Assembly (NCBI GenBank): GCA_947632595.1
Contig: CANRPY010000006.1
Coordinates: forward strand, 802-64,801
Direction of reading: 5' to 3'
Source: an uncultured Bacilli bacterium
GTDB taxonomy: Bacteria; Bacillota_I; Bacilli_A; RF39; UBA660
DNA: 64,000 bases
Both the position numbers and the translations under genes were made by a program. The notes beneath the pieces were generated by a model. The model made no database searches. It was not told the origin of the DNA and worked only from the letters and a program-made list of their open reading frames with translations. Positions 35,976 through 45,984 of this stretch are shown one piece after another. Numbering within the stretch: the first letter of the stretch is position 1; each line of letters opens with the position of its first letter.

Positions 35976-36670
35976 TGAATAAAATAAAAGAAGCTATTGG
36001 AAATATTTTTCAAAATCAAACACAAAAAACCATTGTGTTTTTTGGCTTCTATTTTATTTTTTTTGTTATTTTGTTTCTTTTAATTTCTCATGGAGATAAA
36101 AATTATTTGAAACAAGAATATGAAAGAGGAAAGGATACTCCTCAGGTAAGCGGTACTTTAGGTACTAATTTCTTATTTGATTATCAAATTATGGTTGATG
36201 ATAACCGATATGATTACTATGGAAAAAGATATGGAGATACGGAGAGTTTTAAGTTTAATCAACTAGATTATTACCGAGATGAGGATCAATTTTATGTTCA
36301 TCAAGATACTTGGAATCCAGTAGAAAATCCTTATGTGTTCTATGAATTTCTTGATTTTAAGAATTTATATTCTATTTTAGGAAATGCGACGTATTTTTCT
36401 ACGGAAGACCAAGAAGATGGTGGACACCTTTACCATTATCTTATAAGTAGTAATACTCTTCATCAAATTCTATATGAAAATATTACTGATTATGATGATG
36501 TTGCGAATACCATAGATATTACAACAGATAGTAGTGATCATATTGTAAAGATTTCTCTACAGTTAGATTCTATGTGTCATACCATAGATTCTTGTCAGGA
36601 GAAGTTTTCTATTCTTTTAAATTTTGATATGATTGGTAAAATTACTGCATTAGATAATCCTGTTTCTTAG
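35975..36670 (+). CDS. Hypothetical N-terminally membrane-anchored protein
   Basis: TAATG overlap with the fmt stop. TM IVFFGFYFIFFVILFLLI, then a ~180 aa Tyr/Asp-rich domain with no SAM-binding motif, so it is not RsmB. Confidence 0.5.
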   Translation: MNKIKEAIGNIFQNQTQKTIVFFGFYFIFFVILFLLISHGDKNYLKQEYERGKDTPQVSGTLGTNFLFDYQIMVDDNRYDYYGKRYGDTESFKFNQLDYYRDEDQFYVHQDTWNPVENPYVFYEFLDFKNLYSILGNATYFSTEDQEDGGHLYHYLISSNTLHQILYENITDYDDVANTIDITTDSSDHIVKISLQLDSMCHTIDSCQEKFSILLNFDMIGKITALDNPVS

Positions 36671-36718
36671 ATTATCTTTTGTTTTTTTATGGTATAATTC
36701 TTAAGGGATGTGGCATTT

Positions 36719-37741
36719 ATGAAAAACTTATATAATTTGTCATTAGAAGAGATGGAAGATTTCTTTTTAGAACATGGGTCTAAAAAATTTCATGCTTTAC
36801 AATTATTTCAGTGGTTGTATGAAAAAAGAATTCATTCTTATTCTCAAATTACAAATATTAAACAAGAATTATTAGATTCTCTTGCTTCTGTGTATTCTCT
36901 TACTCCTTTAAAAATCGTAGATGTTCAAAAAGATGTCGATGTTTGCAAGTACTTATTTGAACTTGTAGATGGAGAACATATTGAAGCGGTTCTTATGAGA
37001 CATGATTATGGAAATAGTGTTTGTGTTTCTAGTCAAGTTGGTTGTAATATGGGATGTCGTTTTTGTGAATCTGGAAGAAGAAAAAAAGTCCGTAATCTAG
37101 AGACATATGAGATGGTTTTACAAATCTTAATGATTGAAGAGGAACTTGGAGAGAGAATTAGTCATGTTGTTGTGATGGGAATTGGGGAACCTTTTGATAA
37201 TTATGACAATTTAATTCGATTCTTTCAAATCATTAATCATCCTAAGGGTTTCGCCATTGGATCTCGACATATTACGGTTAGTACTTGTGGAATTGTTCCT
37301 AAAATCTTAGAATTTAGTGATTTTCCTTTACAGGTTAATTTAGCAATTAGTTTACATGCTCCTAATAATGAAATTCGAAATCAGATTATGCCTATTAACC
37401 GGGTATATCCTATTGAAGAAGTGATGAAGGCATTGAATGTTTATTTTCAAAAGACTAATCGAAGAATTACTTTTGAATATATTTTATTAAAAGATACGAA
37501 TGATAGTTCTTCTTGTGCACAGGAACTTGCGGATCTTATTCGAGGGATGAATTGTTATGTGAACTTAATTCCTTACAATGAAACGAATAATATTTCTTTT
37601 AAACGCACAAATACTGTTCAAATTATGAGATTTTATGATATACTTAAAAAGAATAATGTTAGTGTAACAATCAGGAGAGAATTCGGTGGTAAGATTAGTG
37701 CTGCTTGTGGACAACTTAGAAGTAAGAAGGAGGAGTTATGA
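36719..37741 (+). CDS. rlmN: 23S rRNA/tRNA (adenine-C2)-methyltransferase, radical SAM
   Basis: CNMGCRFCESG radical-SAM cluster and C-terminal SAACGQL. TGgTATAAT at 36690-36698. An alternative GTG start lies at 36710. Confidence 0.9.
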   Translation: MKNLYNLSLEEMEDFFLEHGSKKFHALQLFQWLYEKRIHSYSQITNIKQELLDSLASVYSLTPLKIVDVQKDVDVCKYLFELVDGEHIEAVLMRHDYGNSVCVSSQVGCNMGCRFCESGRRKKVRNLETYEMVLQILMIEEELGERISHVVVMGIGEPFDNYDNLIRFFQIINHPKGFAIGSRHITVSTCGIVPKILEFSDFPLQVNLAISLHAPNNEIRNQIMPINRVYPIEEVMKALNVYFQKTNRRITFEYILLKDTNDSSSCAQELADLIRGMNCYVNLIPYNETNNISFKRTNTVQIMRFYDILKKNNVSVTIRREFGGKISAACGQLRSKKEEL

Positions 37742-38484
37742 AATCTTTTTATTTAACAGATGCCGGTAAGGTACGAGATCATAATGAAGATAGTGTCATT
37801 ATTGTGAATAATGATGAAGATAATTACTTGATGGCAATTGCGGATGGAATGGGTGGTCATTCTGCTGGAGAGGTAGCTAGTAGTATTGCGATTAGTTATT
37901 TAGGAAAAAATTTTAGGGAAACTTTTCGTAATATGTCAAAAGTAGATGCCGTTAATTGGATTCGTGATGCGGTAAATGAGATTAATACGTTAATCTTTCA
38001 ACATGAGAAGGATCATCCTGAAAGTAAGGGAATGGGTACGACTCTTGTTATGGCTATTTTGACAAAAGATTTCTTACTTTTTGGTAATGTTGGAGATTCT
38101 AGTGGTTTTGTTATGAAAGATCATAATTTACATAAAGTTACGTATGATCATACTTTGGTTAATTTATTGGTTAGTGCTGGAGAACTTACAAGAGAAGAAG
38201 CAAGTGTTCATCCTAAGAAAAATGTTTTGATGAAGGCTTTGGGTGCTTCTGTTGATGTTGATGTTGATATATTTGACTGTGATATGGATATTACAGAGAT
38301 TTTGCTTTCTAGTGATGGCTTGACGGGAATGCTTGATCGAGAAGGAATTGAAAAAGTTCTTTTAGGAGAAGGTAGCGTAGAAGAAAAGGTACAAAAACTA
38401 ATTCGAAAGGCTAATAACAGGGGAGGAACAGACAATATTTCGGTTGCTTATTTAGTTCGAGCAGAAGAAGGTGAAGTTAAGTGA
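37738..38484 (+). CDS. prpC: PP2C-type Ser/Thr protein phosphatase
   Basis: NEDS..., ADGMGGHSAGEVAS, and GGTDNIS motifs. ATGA overlap with rlmN. Confidence 0.9.
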   Translation: MKSFYLTDAGKVRDHNEDSVIIVNNDEDNYLMAIADGMGGHSAGEVASSIAISYLGKNFRETFRNMSKVDAVNWIRDAVNEINTLIFQHEKDHPESKGMGTTLVMAILTKDFLLFGNVGDSSGFVMKDHNLHKVTYDHTLVNLLVSAGELTREEASVHPKKNVLMKALGASVDVDVDIFDCDMDITEILLSSDGLTGMLDREGIEKVLLGEGSVEEKVQKLIRKANNRGGTDNISVAYLVRAEEGEVK

Positions 38485-40268
38485 TAACAAAGGGGCAAAA
38501 AATAAATGGTCGTTATGAAATTATACGATCTATTGGTGAAGGTGGTATGGCCAATGTCTATTTGGGATATGATACAATCTTAGATAGAAATGTGGCTATT
38601 AAAGTGTTACGTGGAGATTTATCTAATGATGAGAAATTTGTAAGAAGATTCCAAAGAGAAGCATTATCTGCTTCTAGTCTTGCTCATCCTAATATTGTAG
38701 AGATGTATGATGTAGGAGAAGATGAGGGAACTTATTACATTGTCATGGAATATGTTGAAGGAAAGACTTTGAAACAATTACTTAAGAAAAGAGGAACTTT
38801 AACATTAAGTGAAGCGATTGATATTATGAGTCAATTAACCGATGGAATGGCTCATGCCCATGATTCTTATATTATTCATCGTGATTTAAAACCACAAAAT
38901 ATTATGATTCGTGATGATGGACAAATTAAAATTACGGATTTTGGTATTGCAATGGCATTAAATGCTACTCAACTTACGCAAACGAATTCTGTTATGGGAT
39001 CTGTTCATTATTTACCTCCTGAGCAAGCAAGTGGAAAAGGATGTACCATTAAGAGTGATATTTACTCTATGGGAATTATCTTTTATGAATTGTTAAGTGG
39101 ATCTTTACCTTTCCGTGGGGATAATGCAGTAGAGATTGCTTTGAAACACATGAGAGAGCCTCTTCCTAGTTTAAGAGAGGAAAATTCTGCTATTCCACAA
39201 AGTATTGAGAATATTATTCGTCGAGCAACGGCAAAAAATCCTAAGAATCGTTATGAGTCTGCTCGTGAGATGCATGAAGACTTATTGACTGCTTTGGATG
39301 ATGATCGTATGAATGAGGAAGTTTATCAATATAAATATCCTGAAAATGAAAATGAAGGAAAAAAAGTAAAAGTAGCTCCTAAAGAAGAAGAGAAGGAAGA
39401 AGATACTGATAAGACTGCAGAAGAAGAAATTACAGAAGACATTAAAAAAGATGTTAAAAAAGAAAATGAAGAACAAGGAGATTTCTTTGAAGATGCTGAT
39501 GGTAAAATGACTAAGGCTACTAAAATCATTATTATTGTTTTATCCACTATTTTCTTACTCATTTTATTTGCTCTTATCTTTGTATTCTTAATTTGGCCAT
39601 CTATTACTTCTACAAAGTCTGCGATTGTTCCAGATTGTGAAAATAAAAAAGTAAGTGCTTGTGAAAAATTATTAAGAGATGCAGGATTTGAAGTTGCGAC
39701 TAAGATTAAGACTGTAGAATCTGCTGAAATTCGTAAGAATCTTGTCGTAAAAACGGATCCAGAAGCTGGAAGAAGTATTAAGACGGGAACCGTCATTACT
39801 ATTTATAAGTCTTTAGGTGAAAAAGTAGTAGAAGTAGAAGATTATACAGGAAGAAATGCTACGGAAGTAAAAGAATTGCTTGAAAAAGAAGGCATTGAAG
39901 TTACTGTTCGTAAGAAGGATCCTGAAGATGATAGTAGAGAATATGATGAAGATGAAATTATTGATCAAAGTGTTAAAAAGGGTAGTGAATTAAAGAAGGG
40001 AGAAAGCATTATTCTATATGTTGCGAATAATGAAGAAAAGTTCCCTGACTTTGTTGCGGAAGGTTATACCATTGATGATGTAAAAGCTTTCTGTGGTGAA
40101 TTTGAACTTGTTTGTACTTATACGGAACAAGAGACAACAGATGTTGCGGAAGGAAGAATTACATACCAATCTCGTAAAGCAGATACTGTTGTTGCGAAAG
40201 GATCTAATTTGACTGTTTATTATGCTGTAAAACCTAAACCTGTGGAAGAAGAGGAAGATACAGAATAA
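38481..40268 (+). CDS. prkC: Hanks-type Ser/Thr protein kinase with three extracellular PASTA domains
   Basis: GEGGMANVY, HRDLKPQN and DFG motifs. An acidic/Lys-rich juxtamembrane linker, one TM, then three ~65 aa PASTA-like units. GTG start overlaps the prpC stop. Confidence 0.9.
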   Translation: MITKGQKINGRYEIIRSIGEGGMANVYLGYDTILDRNVAIKVLRGDLSNDEKFVRRFQREALSASSLAHPNIVEMYDVGEDEGTYYIVMEYVEGKTLKQLLKKRGTLTLSEAIDIMSQLTDGMAHAHDSYIIHRDLKPQNIMIRDDGQIKITDFGIAMALNATQLTQTNSVMGSVHYLPPEQASGKGCTIKSDIYSMGIIFYELLSGSLPFRGDNAVEIALKHMREPLPSLREENSAIPQSIENIIRRATAKNPKNRYESAREMHEDLLTALDDDRMNEEVYQYKYPENENEGKKVKVAPKEEEKEEDTDKTAEEEITEDIKKDVKKENEEQGDFFEDADGKMTKATKIIIIVLSTIFLLILFALIFVFLIWPSITSTKSAIVPDCENKKVSACEKLLRDAGFEVATKIKTVESAEIRKNLVVKTDPEAGRSIKTGTVITIYKSLGEKVVEVEDYTGRNATEVKELLEKEGIEVTVRKKDPEDDSREYDEDEIIDQSVKKGSELKKGESIILYVANNEEKFPDFVAEGYTIDDVKAFCGEFELVCTYTEQETTDVAEGRITYQSRKADTVVAKGSNLTVYYAVKPKPVEEEEDTE

Positions 40269-40287
40269 TTCTTTGTAAGGGGGATTT

Positions 40288-41127
40288 ATGAAAGGACAAA
40301 TTGTTAAAATCATTAGTGATTGCCATTTTGTTAGTTGTGAAGGAAAAATTTATCCTTGTAAATGTAGAGGAATCTTTCGAAAAGAACATATTATTCCAGT
40401 AGTGGGAGACTATGTTCTTTTCCATAAGGATAAAAAAATTATTGAGGAAGTTTGCCCTAGAAAAAATGTTTTTGAACGTCCTAAAGTTAGTAACATTGAT
40501 CAAGCTTTTTTAGTTACGAGTTTAAAATTACCTGATTTTTCTTTGAATCTCTTGGATAAGTTTATTTCTCTTATGGAGATTCATCATGTAAGACCTATTA
40601 TTTGTATTACGAAAAAGGATTTAGTTGATGAGAAAGAGTTTTCTGTTATTCGAGAGAAGTTAGATTACTATGAAAAGATTGGGTATCTTGTTTTATATAA
40701 TACGGATCTTTCTTTGATTCAGGAATTATTAAAGGGAAAGACTAGTGTTTTTACTGGTCAAACAGGTGCTGGAAAAAGTAGTCTTTTAAATAAACTTCAT
40801 CCCGAACTTGATTTAGAAGAGGGAGAAGTTTCTGTTGCCCTTGGAAGAGGAAGACATACTACAAGAGTTGTTCAGTTACTTGAAGTCTCTGGGGGTAAAG
40901 TTATGGATACTCCAGGGTTTTCTTCTTTAGAACTTAAGAATTATACTAGGGAACAAATTCGAGATTCTTTTCTTGAATTTTCTAAGTATCCTTGTCTTTA
41001 TAAAGACTGTATGCATACAAAAGAAGCAGAATGTATGGTAAAAAGGGAAGTTTTTCGGAATAATATATTAGAGAGCCGATATCTCAATTACTTAAGTTTT
41101 ATAGGGGAGGAATTTCATGAAAGTTAG
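40288..41127 (+). CDS. rsgA: Ribosome small-subunit-dependent GTPase A
   Basis: Circularly permuted GTPase: TKKDL (G4) precedes GQTGAGKSSLLN (G1). C-terminal zinc knuckle CLYKDCMHTKEAEC. Confidence 0.9.
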   Translation: MKGQIVKIISDCHFVSCEGKIYPCKCRGIFRKEHIIPVVGDYVLFHKDKKIIEEVCPRKNVFERPKVSNIDQAFLVTSLKLPDFSLNLLDKFISLMEIHHVRPIICITKKDLVDEKEFSVIREKLDYYEKIGYLVLYNTDLSLIQELLKGKTSVFTGQTGAGKSSLLNKLHPELDLEEGEVSVALGRGRHTTRVVQLLEVSGGKVMDTPGFSSLELKNYTREQIRDSFLEFSKYPCLYKDCMHTKEAECMVKREVFRNNILESRYLNYLSFIGEEFHES

Positions 41128-41743
41128 TGTATCTTTTTTAAATAGTAAAAATATTCCTAAAGATTTGGAGTTATTAAATCAAACAGATGCGGATTATATT
41201 CATGTTGATATTATGGATGGAAAGTTTGTTAAAAATAAAACAATGCCTTTTCGGGAGATGAGGCATATCGGGGATTTTACTTCTAAAAGATTGGATGTTC
41301 ATTTAATGGTAGAAAATCCTTCTAAATATATTCCTCTTTATGCAGAACTTAATACAGAGTATCTTACGTTTCATGTGGAAGTAGAAGAAGATATTTTAAA
41401 AGATTTACAAATGATTAAAGATTATTCTATTCGATGTGGGTTATCGATTAAGCCAGATACTAAGGTTTCTACCTTATTACCTTATTTGCCATATCTTGAT
41501 ATGATTCTTGTTATGAGTGTAGAACCAGGTGAGGGTGGACAAGAATTTCTTGTTGAGACAGAGGAAAAAATTCAGGAGATTCGTGCTTTGTTAGATTCTT
41601 ATCATTTAGATACTATTATTAGTGTTGATGGGGGAATTACGGAGGAGACGGCCAAAATGTGCCAGGATGCGGATCTTTTGGTTTCTGGTAGTTATATCTT
41701 GAAGGATTCCAATTTTCAAGAAAAAATATCTAGTTTAAGATAG
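41117..41743 (+). CDS. rpe: Ribulose-phosphate 3-epimerase
   Basis: HVDIMDGKFV, MSVEPGEGGQ and VDGGI motifs. Confidence 0.9.
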   Translation: MKVSVSFLNSKNIPKDLELLNQTDADYIHVDIMDGKFVKNKTMPFREMRHIGDFTSKRLDVHLMVENPSKYIPLYAELNTEYLTFHVEVEEDILKDLQMIKDYSIRCGLSIKPDTKVSTLLPYLPYLDMILVMSVEPGEGGQEFLVETEEKIQEIRALLDSYHLDTIISVDGGITEETAKMCQDADLLVSGSYILKDSNFQEKISSLR

Positions 41744-41785
41744 AGTTCTGTGTTATAATCTAAAGTATAGAATAGGAGTGGTTGT

Positions 41786-42673
41786 ATGAATGATCAAAAT
41801 GGTCAAGAAAATCAAGATTTTCAATTAAATATGGTTAATCCGTTAGAAAATACAAATTCTCTTCCAACGGTACCTCCACAACCTGCAAGTGCTCCTGTGG
41901 GGGATGCTCTTCCTACAACGCCAGTCGCTGAGACTACTGAGCCTCCTGTTACCAATCCTCCTTATAGTCCAACTACTAAGGCGCCAACTACGGTTGGGGA
42001 TACTCGTTACAATCCTGTTACAGGGGAAGAGATGAAAATATCGGATCTTACGGGAGAAAAAAAGGAAGAAGCTTCTGCTGGAGAAGTAAATAATGAAGAA
42101 AAGTTAAAAACAGTAGATGTTGATTATAAACCTACTAGTAAAGCCAATACGGTTATGTTAATTCTATTTTTTATTGCTCTTGTTTTATTTGTCGTATTCT
42201 TACCAGATATTCAAACGTTAATTGCTCAATATAAAGCGGGTCCTCAAAAAGTAGAAGAGATTACAACAGGTACTCTTGTTTGTACCTTAGAGTCAAATAC
42301 TGTTAATTTGGATCGAAATATTACTCGTGAGTTTCAATATACGGATAATAAACTTCAAAGTGCTAAATTTACTACCGTTGTTAGAGGAGATGCTACTTTA
42401 GATGAAGAGACTTTGAATGAATTAAATGAACAATGTGTTCAAATTAAGACCAATGTAGAGGGATTGAATGGAATTAGTGTTTCTTGCTCTTATGAGGAAG
42501 GAAAACTTACGGAAAAAGAAAACTTTGATTATGCTAGTTACCAAGTAGAAGAAGTTACTGCTGCTTATACAGAAGCAGGAGGAAGTCTTCTTGAATTTGA
42601 AAAAGATATGAATATTGATGATGTCATGACGAATATGAGACAAGGTGGATTTACTTGTAATAAGGAAAAATAA
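41786..42673 (+). CDS. Hypothetical bitopic protein: Pro/Thr-rich N-terminus, TM, ~140 aa C-terminal domain
   Basis: PTVPPQPASAPVGDALPTTPVAETTEPPVTNPPYSPTTKAPTT, TM VMLILFFIALVLFVVFL, and a Cys-containing C-terminal domain. No motif recognised. Confidence 0.5.
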   Translation: MNDQNGQENQDFQLNMVNPLENTNSLPTVPPQPASAPVGDALPTTPVAETTEPPVTNPPYSPTTKAPTTVGDTRYNPVTGEEMKISDLTGEKKEEASAGEVNNEEKLKTVDVDYKPTSKANTVMLILFFIALVLFVVFLPDIQTLIAQYKAGPQKVEEITTGTLVCTLESNTVNLDRNITREFQYTDNKLQSAKFTTVVRGDATLDEETLNELNEQCVQIKTNVEGLNGISVSCSYEEGKLTEKENFDYASYQVEEVTAAYTEAGGSLLEFEKDMNIDDVMTNMRQGGFTCNKEK

Positions 42674-42702
42674 AAAAGATTTTTTAAAAAAATCTTTTTT
42701 TT
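42672..42702. terminator. Bidirectional terminator between convergent genes
   Basis: AAAAAAGATTTTTT-AAAAAAATCTTTTTTTT palindrome with A/T-rich stems. Confidence 0.7.
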
Positions 42703-43138
42703 ATACTTTCTTTCTACCAAATAGGGCATCTACTGAGAATGGTTTATATATTTTGGTTAGACCATAGATAAATGTTGTTGGAATCATATTGGTACCTGTT
42801 TCATAATGAGAATAAGCTGGTTGTGTGGTATTTAATTTCTTTGCAATCTCTTCTTGCGTATACTTATTTTTTATTCTTAGATCGGTTAAGTTTTTTGCAA
42901 GTTGTACTAAATCAATGGTAATTGGATAATACTTTTTATTTGAAGTAATGATTCCAAATAAATAATCTAGACTTAGACTATATTCATTTGCATATTCTAC
43001 TAATCTTTCAATGGGAATGGTATCTTTTCCTGTTTCCCAACCGGATATGGTAGAAAAATGTAGATGGAAGAATTCTGCTAAGTCTTTTTGTTTTAATTCT
43101 AAATTTTCTCTACTTAGTTTAAAGTTCTTGATAATCAT
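42701..43138 (-). CDS. Tandem XRE-family helix-turn-helix transcriptional regulator
   Basis: Two HTH_3-like units (LKQKDLAEFFHLHFSTISGWETG and YTQEEIAKKLNTTQPAYSHYETG). ATG 43138 with RBS AGGTGA; the ORF-track extension is rejected. Confidence 0.7.
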   Translation of the reverse strand: MIIKNFKLSRENLELKQKDLAEFFHLHFSTISGWETGKDTIPIERLVEYANEYSLSLDYLFGIITSNKKYYPITIDLVQLAKNLTDLRIKNKYTQEEIAKKLNTTQPAYSHYETGTNMIPTTFIYGLTKIYKPFSVDALFGRKKV

Positions 43139-43292
43139 GGTATCACCTAGTTTCATTATTTCATTTTCATTTGTAAATCTTTTAAAACTAGGGGAAATAG
43201 AATAATTCTGTCTCATTTTCTAAATCTTAAAAATGTCAATACTTTAATTTTGTTTTTTGGTTTGTTATGATATTTTTTGAGGTGTATTCTAA

Positions 43293-45449
43293 ATGAATGA
43301 ACAAATCATACAAGAAATTAGTAAACTTTTAGAAATCTCTTGTGAACAAGTGAATACGGTTCTTACTTTGTTACAAGAGGGGAATACGATTCCTTTTATT
43401 GCGAGATACCGTAAGGAAGCTACGGGAGCTTTAGATGAAGAAGTTCTTCGTAAGATTGAAGAGGTTTATGATTATCAGTTGAATTTACTTAAGAGAAAAG
43501 AAGATGTGATTCGACTTATTGAGGAAAAAGGATTGCTTACGGAAGAGATTCGACAATCTATTCTTGCTTGTAGTAAGTTAGTAGAAGTGGAAGATATTTA
43601 CCGACCATATAAAGAAAAGAAAAAAACAAAAGCTACTGAAGCGATTGCTTTAGGTTTAGAACCTCTTGCGAAGATGATGATGGCTTTTCCTGAGAAGGGT
43701 ACGATTGAAGATATGTGCCGTAAGTTTATTACTGATCAAGTAAAAGATGTTTCTTCTGCTGTTACGGGGGCATGTTTTATTATTGCAGAATGGATTAGTG
43801 ATAATGCTTCTTATCGTAAATGGATTCGTAGTTTCTATTATAAGAATGGGGTTTTGGTTTCTAAGATTAAGAAGGATGCAGAAGATGCAGACAAAACTTA
43901 TGAGATGTATTATTCTTATCAAGAAGCAATTCGATATATGAAACCTCATCGTATTTTGGCAATTAATCGAGGAGAAGATTTAAAAGTTTTAACGGTTAGT
44001 ATTGATGTTGATAAGGATCAAATTCTTTCTTATTTAGAGAAAAAGATTATTAAAAATGAGAATAGTTTTGTTGTTCCTTATGTAAAAAATGCTATTCTGG
44101 ATTCTTATCGGAGACTTCTTGCTCCTTCTGTTGAAAGAGAAATTCGGGCGGATTTGTCTAGTAAGGGAGAAGAGGCTGCGATTCAAAACTTTGGAAAAAA
44201 TTTAGAGGCTTTACTTCTTACTCCTCCTATGAAGGAGAAAGTGGTCCTTGCTTTTGATCCTGGATATGTGAATGGATGTAAGATTGCTGTTCTTGATAAA
44301 AACGGGAAGTATTTAGATAGTTGTGTTGTAAAACCTTTTTTAAAAGGGGAAGAAGAAAAAAGAATTGCTCTTAGTATGGAAGTGGTTTCTCAACTCATTC
44401 AAAAATATCATGTGGATTTAATTGCTATTGGGAATGGAACGGCTTCTCGAGAGTCTGAAAAATTTTGTGCGGATATGATTCAAAAGTATCACCTTCCTTG
44501 TCAATATGTGATTGTGAGTGAAGCAGGGGCATCGATTTATTCGGCATCTGCTCAGGCTATTGAAGAGTTTCCTGATTTGGCTGTTGAGAAGCGAAGTGCT
44601 GTTTCGATTGGTAGAAGATTACAAGATCCTTTGGCAGAACTAGTTAAAATTCCTCCTAGTGGTATTGGAGTAGGTCTTTATCAACATGATGTTTCTGAAA
44701 AGAAATTATCTAGTAGTCTGGATTTTGTTGTGGAGAAATGTGTTAACAGTGTAGGGGTTAATGTCAATACGGCATCTTCTTCCTTATTGAGTTATGTTTC
44801 TGGAATTACAAAAGCTGCTATTGGAAAGATTATTGCTTATCGTGAAAAACATGGAAAGATAAAGAGTCGAGAAGAGATTTTAAAACAGAAATTATTAAGT
44901 GAAAAAGCTTATGAACAAGCAATTGGTTTTTTAAGAATTCCTGAGGGGGAGAATCCTCTTGATGCGACTGCGATTCACCCAGAGAGTTATTCTTTAGCTA
45001 TGTCTATTCTAAATGATTTAGGAGAAGACATTTCTCATGTTGGGAAAGATTCTTTGATTGCGAAGATTAAAGGGTTAAATGTTTCGGAATTGGTTTCTAA
45101 ATATCAAAGTGATATTTATACTATTGAGGATGTTCTTACTTCTTTACAAAAGCCAAATTTGGATCCAAGAGATGAATATCCACAGCCTATTTTAAAGAGT
45201 AATATCTTAGAGATTAAGGATTTACATGTTGGAGATAAGTTACAGGGAACGGTTCGAAATGTTGTCGATTTTGGTTTATTTATTGATATAGGTCTCCATG
45301 ATGATGGACTTGCTCATATTTCTAAGTTATCTCATCAATATATTAAACATCCAAGTGATTTGTTTAGTGTAGGGGATATTGTTGATTGCTGGGTAGATGA
45401 TATTTCTTTAGAGAAGAATAAGGTTAGTCTTCGTTTGATTGAGAGGTAG
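43293..45449 (+). CDS. tex: Tex-like transcription accessory protein (YqgF/HhH/S1 domains)
   Basis: N-terminal IPFIARYRKE signature, a RuvC/YqgF-like core (AFDPGYVNGCKIAVLD...IAIGNGTASRE), and a C-terminal S1 domain GDKLQGTVRNVVDFGLFIDIG. Confidence 0.9.
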   Translation: MNEQIIQEISKLLEISCEQVNTVLTLLQEGNTIPFIARYRKEATGALDEEVLRKIEEVYDYQLNLLKRKEDVIRLIEEKGLLTEEIRQSILACSKLVEVEDIYRPYKEKKKTKATEAIALGLEPLAKMMMAFPEKGTIEDMCRKFITDQVKDVSSAVTGACFIIAEWISDNASYRKWIRSFYYKNGVLVSKIKKDAEDADKTYEMYYSYQEAIRYMKPHRILAINRGEDLKVLTVSIDVDKDQILSYLEKKIIKNENSFVVPYVKNAILDSYRRLLAPSVEREIRADLSSKGEEAAIQNFGKNLEALLLTPPMKEKVVLAFDPGYVNGCKIAVLDKNGKYLDSCVVKPFLKGEEEKRIALSMEVVSQLIQKYHVDLIAIGNGTASRESEKFCADMIQKYHLPCQYVIVSEAGASIYSASAQAIEEFPDLAVEKRSAVSIGRRLQDPLAELVKIPPSGIGVGLYQHDVSEKKLSSSLDFVVEKCVNSVGVNVNTASSSLLSYVSGITKAAIGKIIAYREKHGKIKSREEILKQKLLSEKAYEQAIGFLRIPEGENPLDATAIHPESYSLAMSILNDLGEDISHVGKDSLIAKIKGLNVSELVSKYQSDIYTIEDVLTSLQKPNLDPRDEYPQPILKSNILEIKDLHVGDKLQGTVRNVVDFGLFIDIGLHDDGLAHISKLSHQYIKHPSDLFSVGDIVDCWVDDISLEKNKVSLRLIER

Positions 45450-45452
45450 GGT

Positions 45453-45977
45453 ATGAAAGTATTGATTGTTTCTGATCTTCATGGAAATGTTTCTTCTATG
45501 AAAAAGATTTTAGAGAATCATCCTACTTTTGATTATTTCTTTCTCTTAGGAGATGTCTTTTACGGACCTTCTTATATGGAAGGGTATGATCCTGATGCTT
45601 TAGAAGAGTTATTGAATCGTTATACTCGAAAAATCTTTTATGTACAAGGAAACTGTGATCGATATTCTATGGAAGGTCTTGACTCTTTTCAAGAAAGAGA
45701 ATTTATCACAGTTCCTGTGGATAAAAAATATTTTTTCTTAACTCATGGACATCATTATAGTCGGTATCAGTTACCAGAACTTCCTTTTGATGTGTTCCTA
45801 CAAGGACATACTCATATTCCTATGATGGAGTGGAGTGGGGATCAGTTATTTTTAAATCCTGGTTCTCCTACTCTTCCTAGAGGAGGAAGTACTGCTAGCT
45901 ATTTATTTTATCAAGATGGAGTTTTTACTTTAGAGTCTGTTTGGGACGGAAAAGTCATAAAAAAAATAGAACTCTAG
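45453..45977 (+). CDS. YfcE/MJ0936-family metallophosphoesterase
   Basis: SDLHGN, GDVFYGP, GNCD, THGH and GHTH motifs in canonical order. Confidence 0.8.
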   Translation: MKVLIVSDLHGNVSSMKKILENHPTFDYFFLLGDVFYGPSYMEGYDPDALEELLNRYTRKIFYVQGNCDRYSMEGLDSFQEREFITVPVDKKYFFLTHGHHYSRYQLPELPFDVFLQGHTHIPMMEWSGDQLFLNPGSPTLPRGGSTASYLFYQDGVFTLESVWDGKVIKKIEL

Positions 45978-45984
45978 GTTCTAT

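Noticed and set aside
33897-36670. The two unknown genes flanking fmt, considered as divergent def and rsmB.
   Set aside because: The 381-aa protein has no Def motifs (GxGxAAxQ, EGCLS, HExxH). The 231-aa protein has no SAM-binding GxGxG or catalytic Cys motifs. Both have TM anchors instead.
39326-39796. A 156-aa antisense ORF inside prkC, with a 64-aa neighbour.
   Set aside because: It lies opposite the Glu/Lys-rich linker and PASTA region of an unambiguous kinase gene. It has low-complexity Ser/Phe composition and no RBS.
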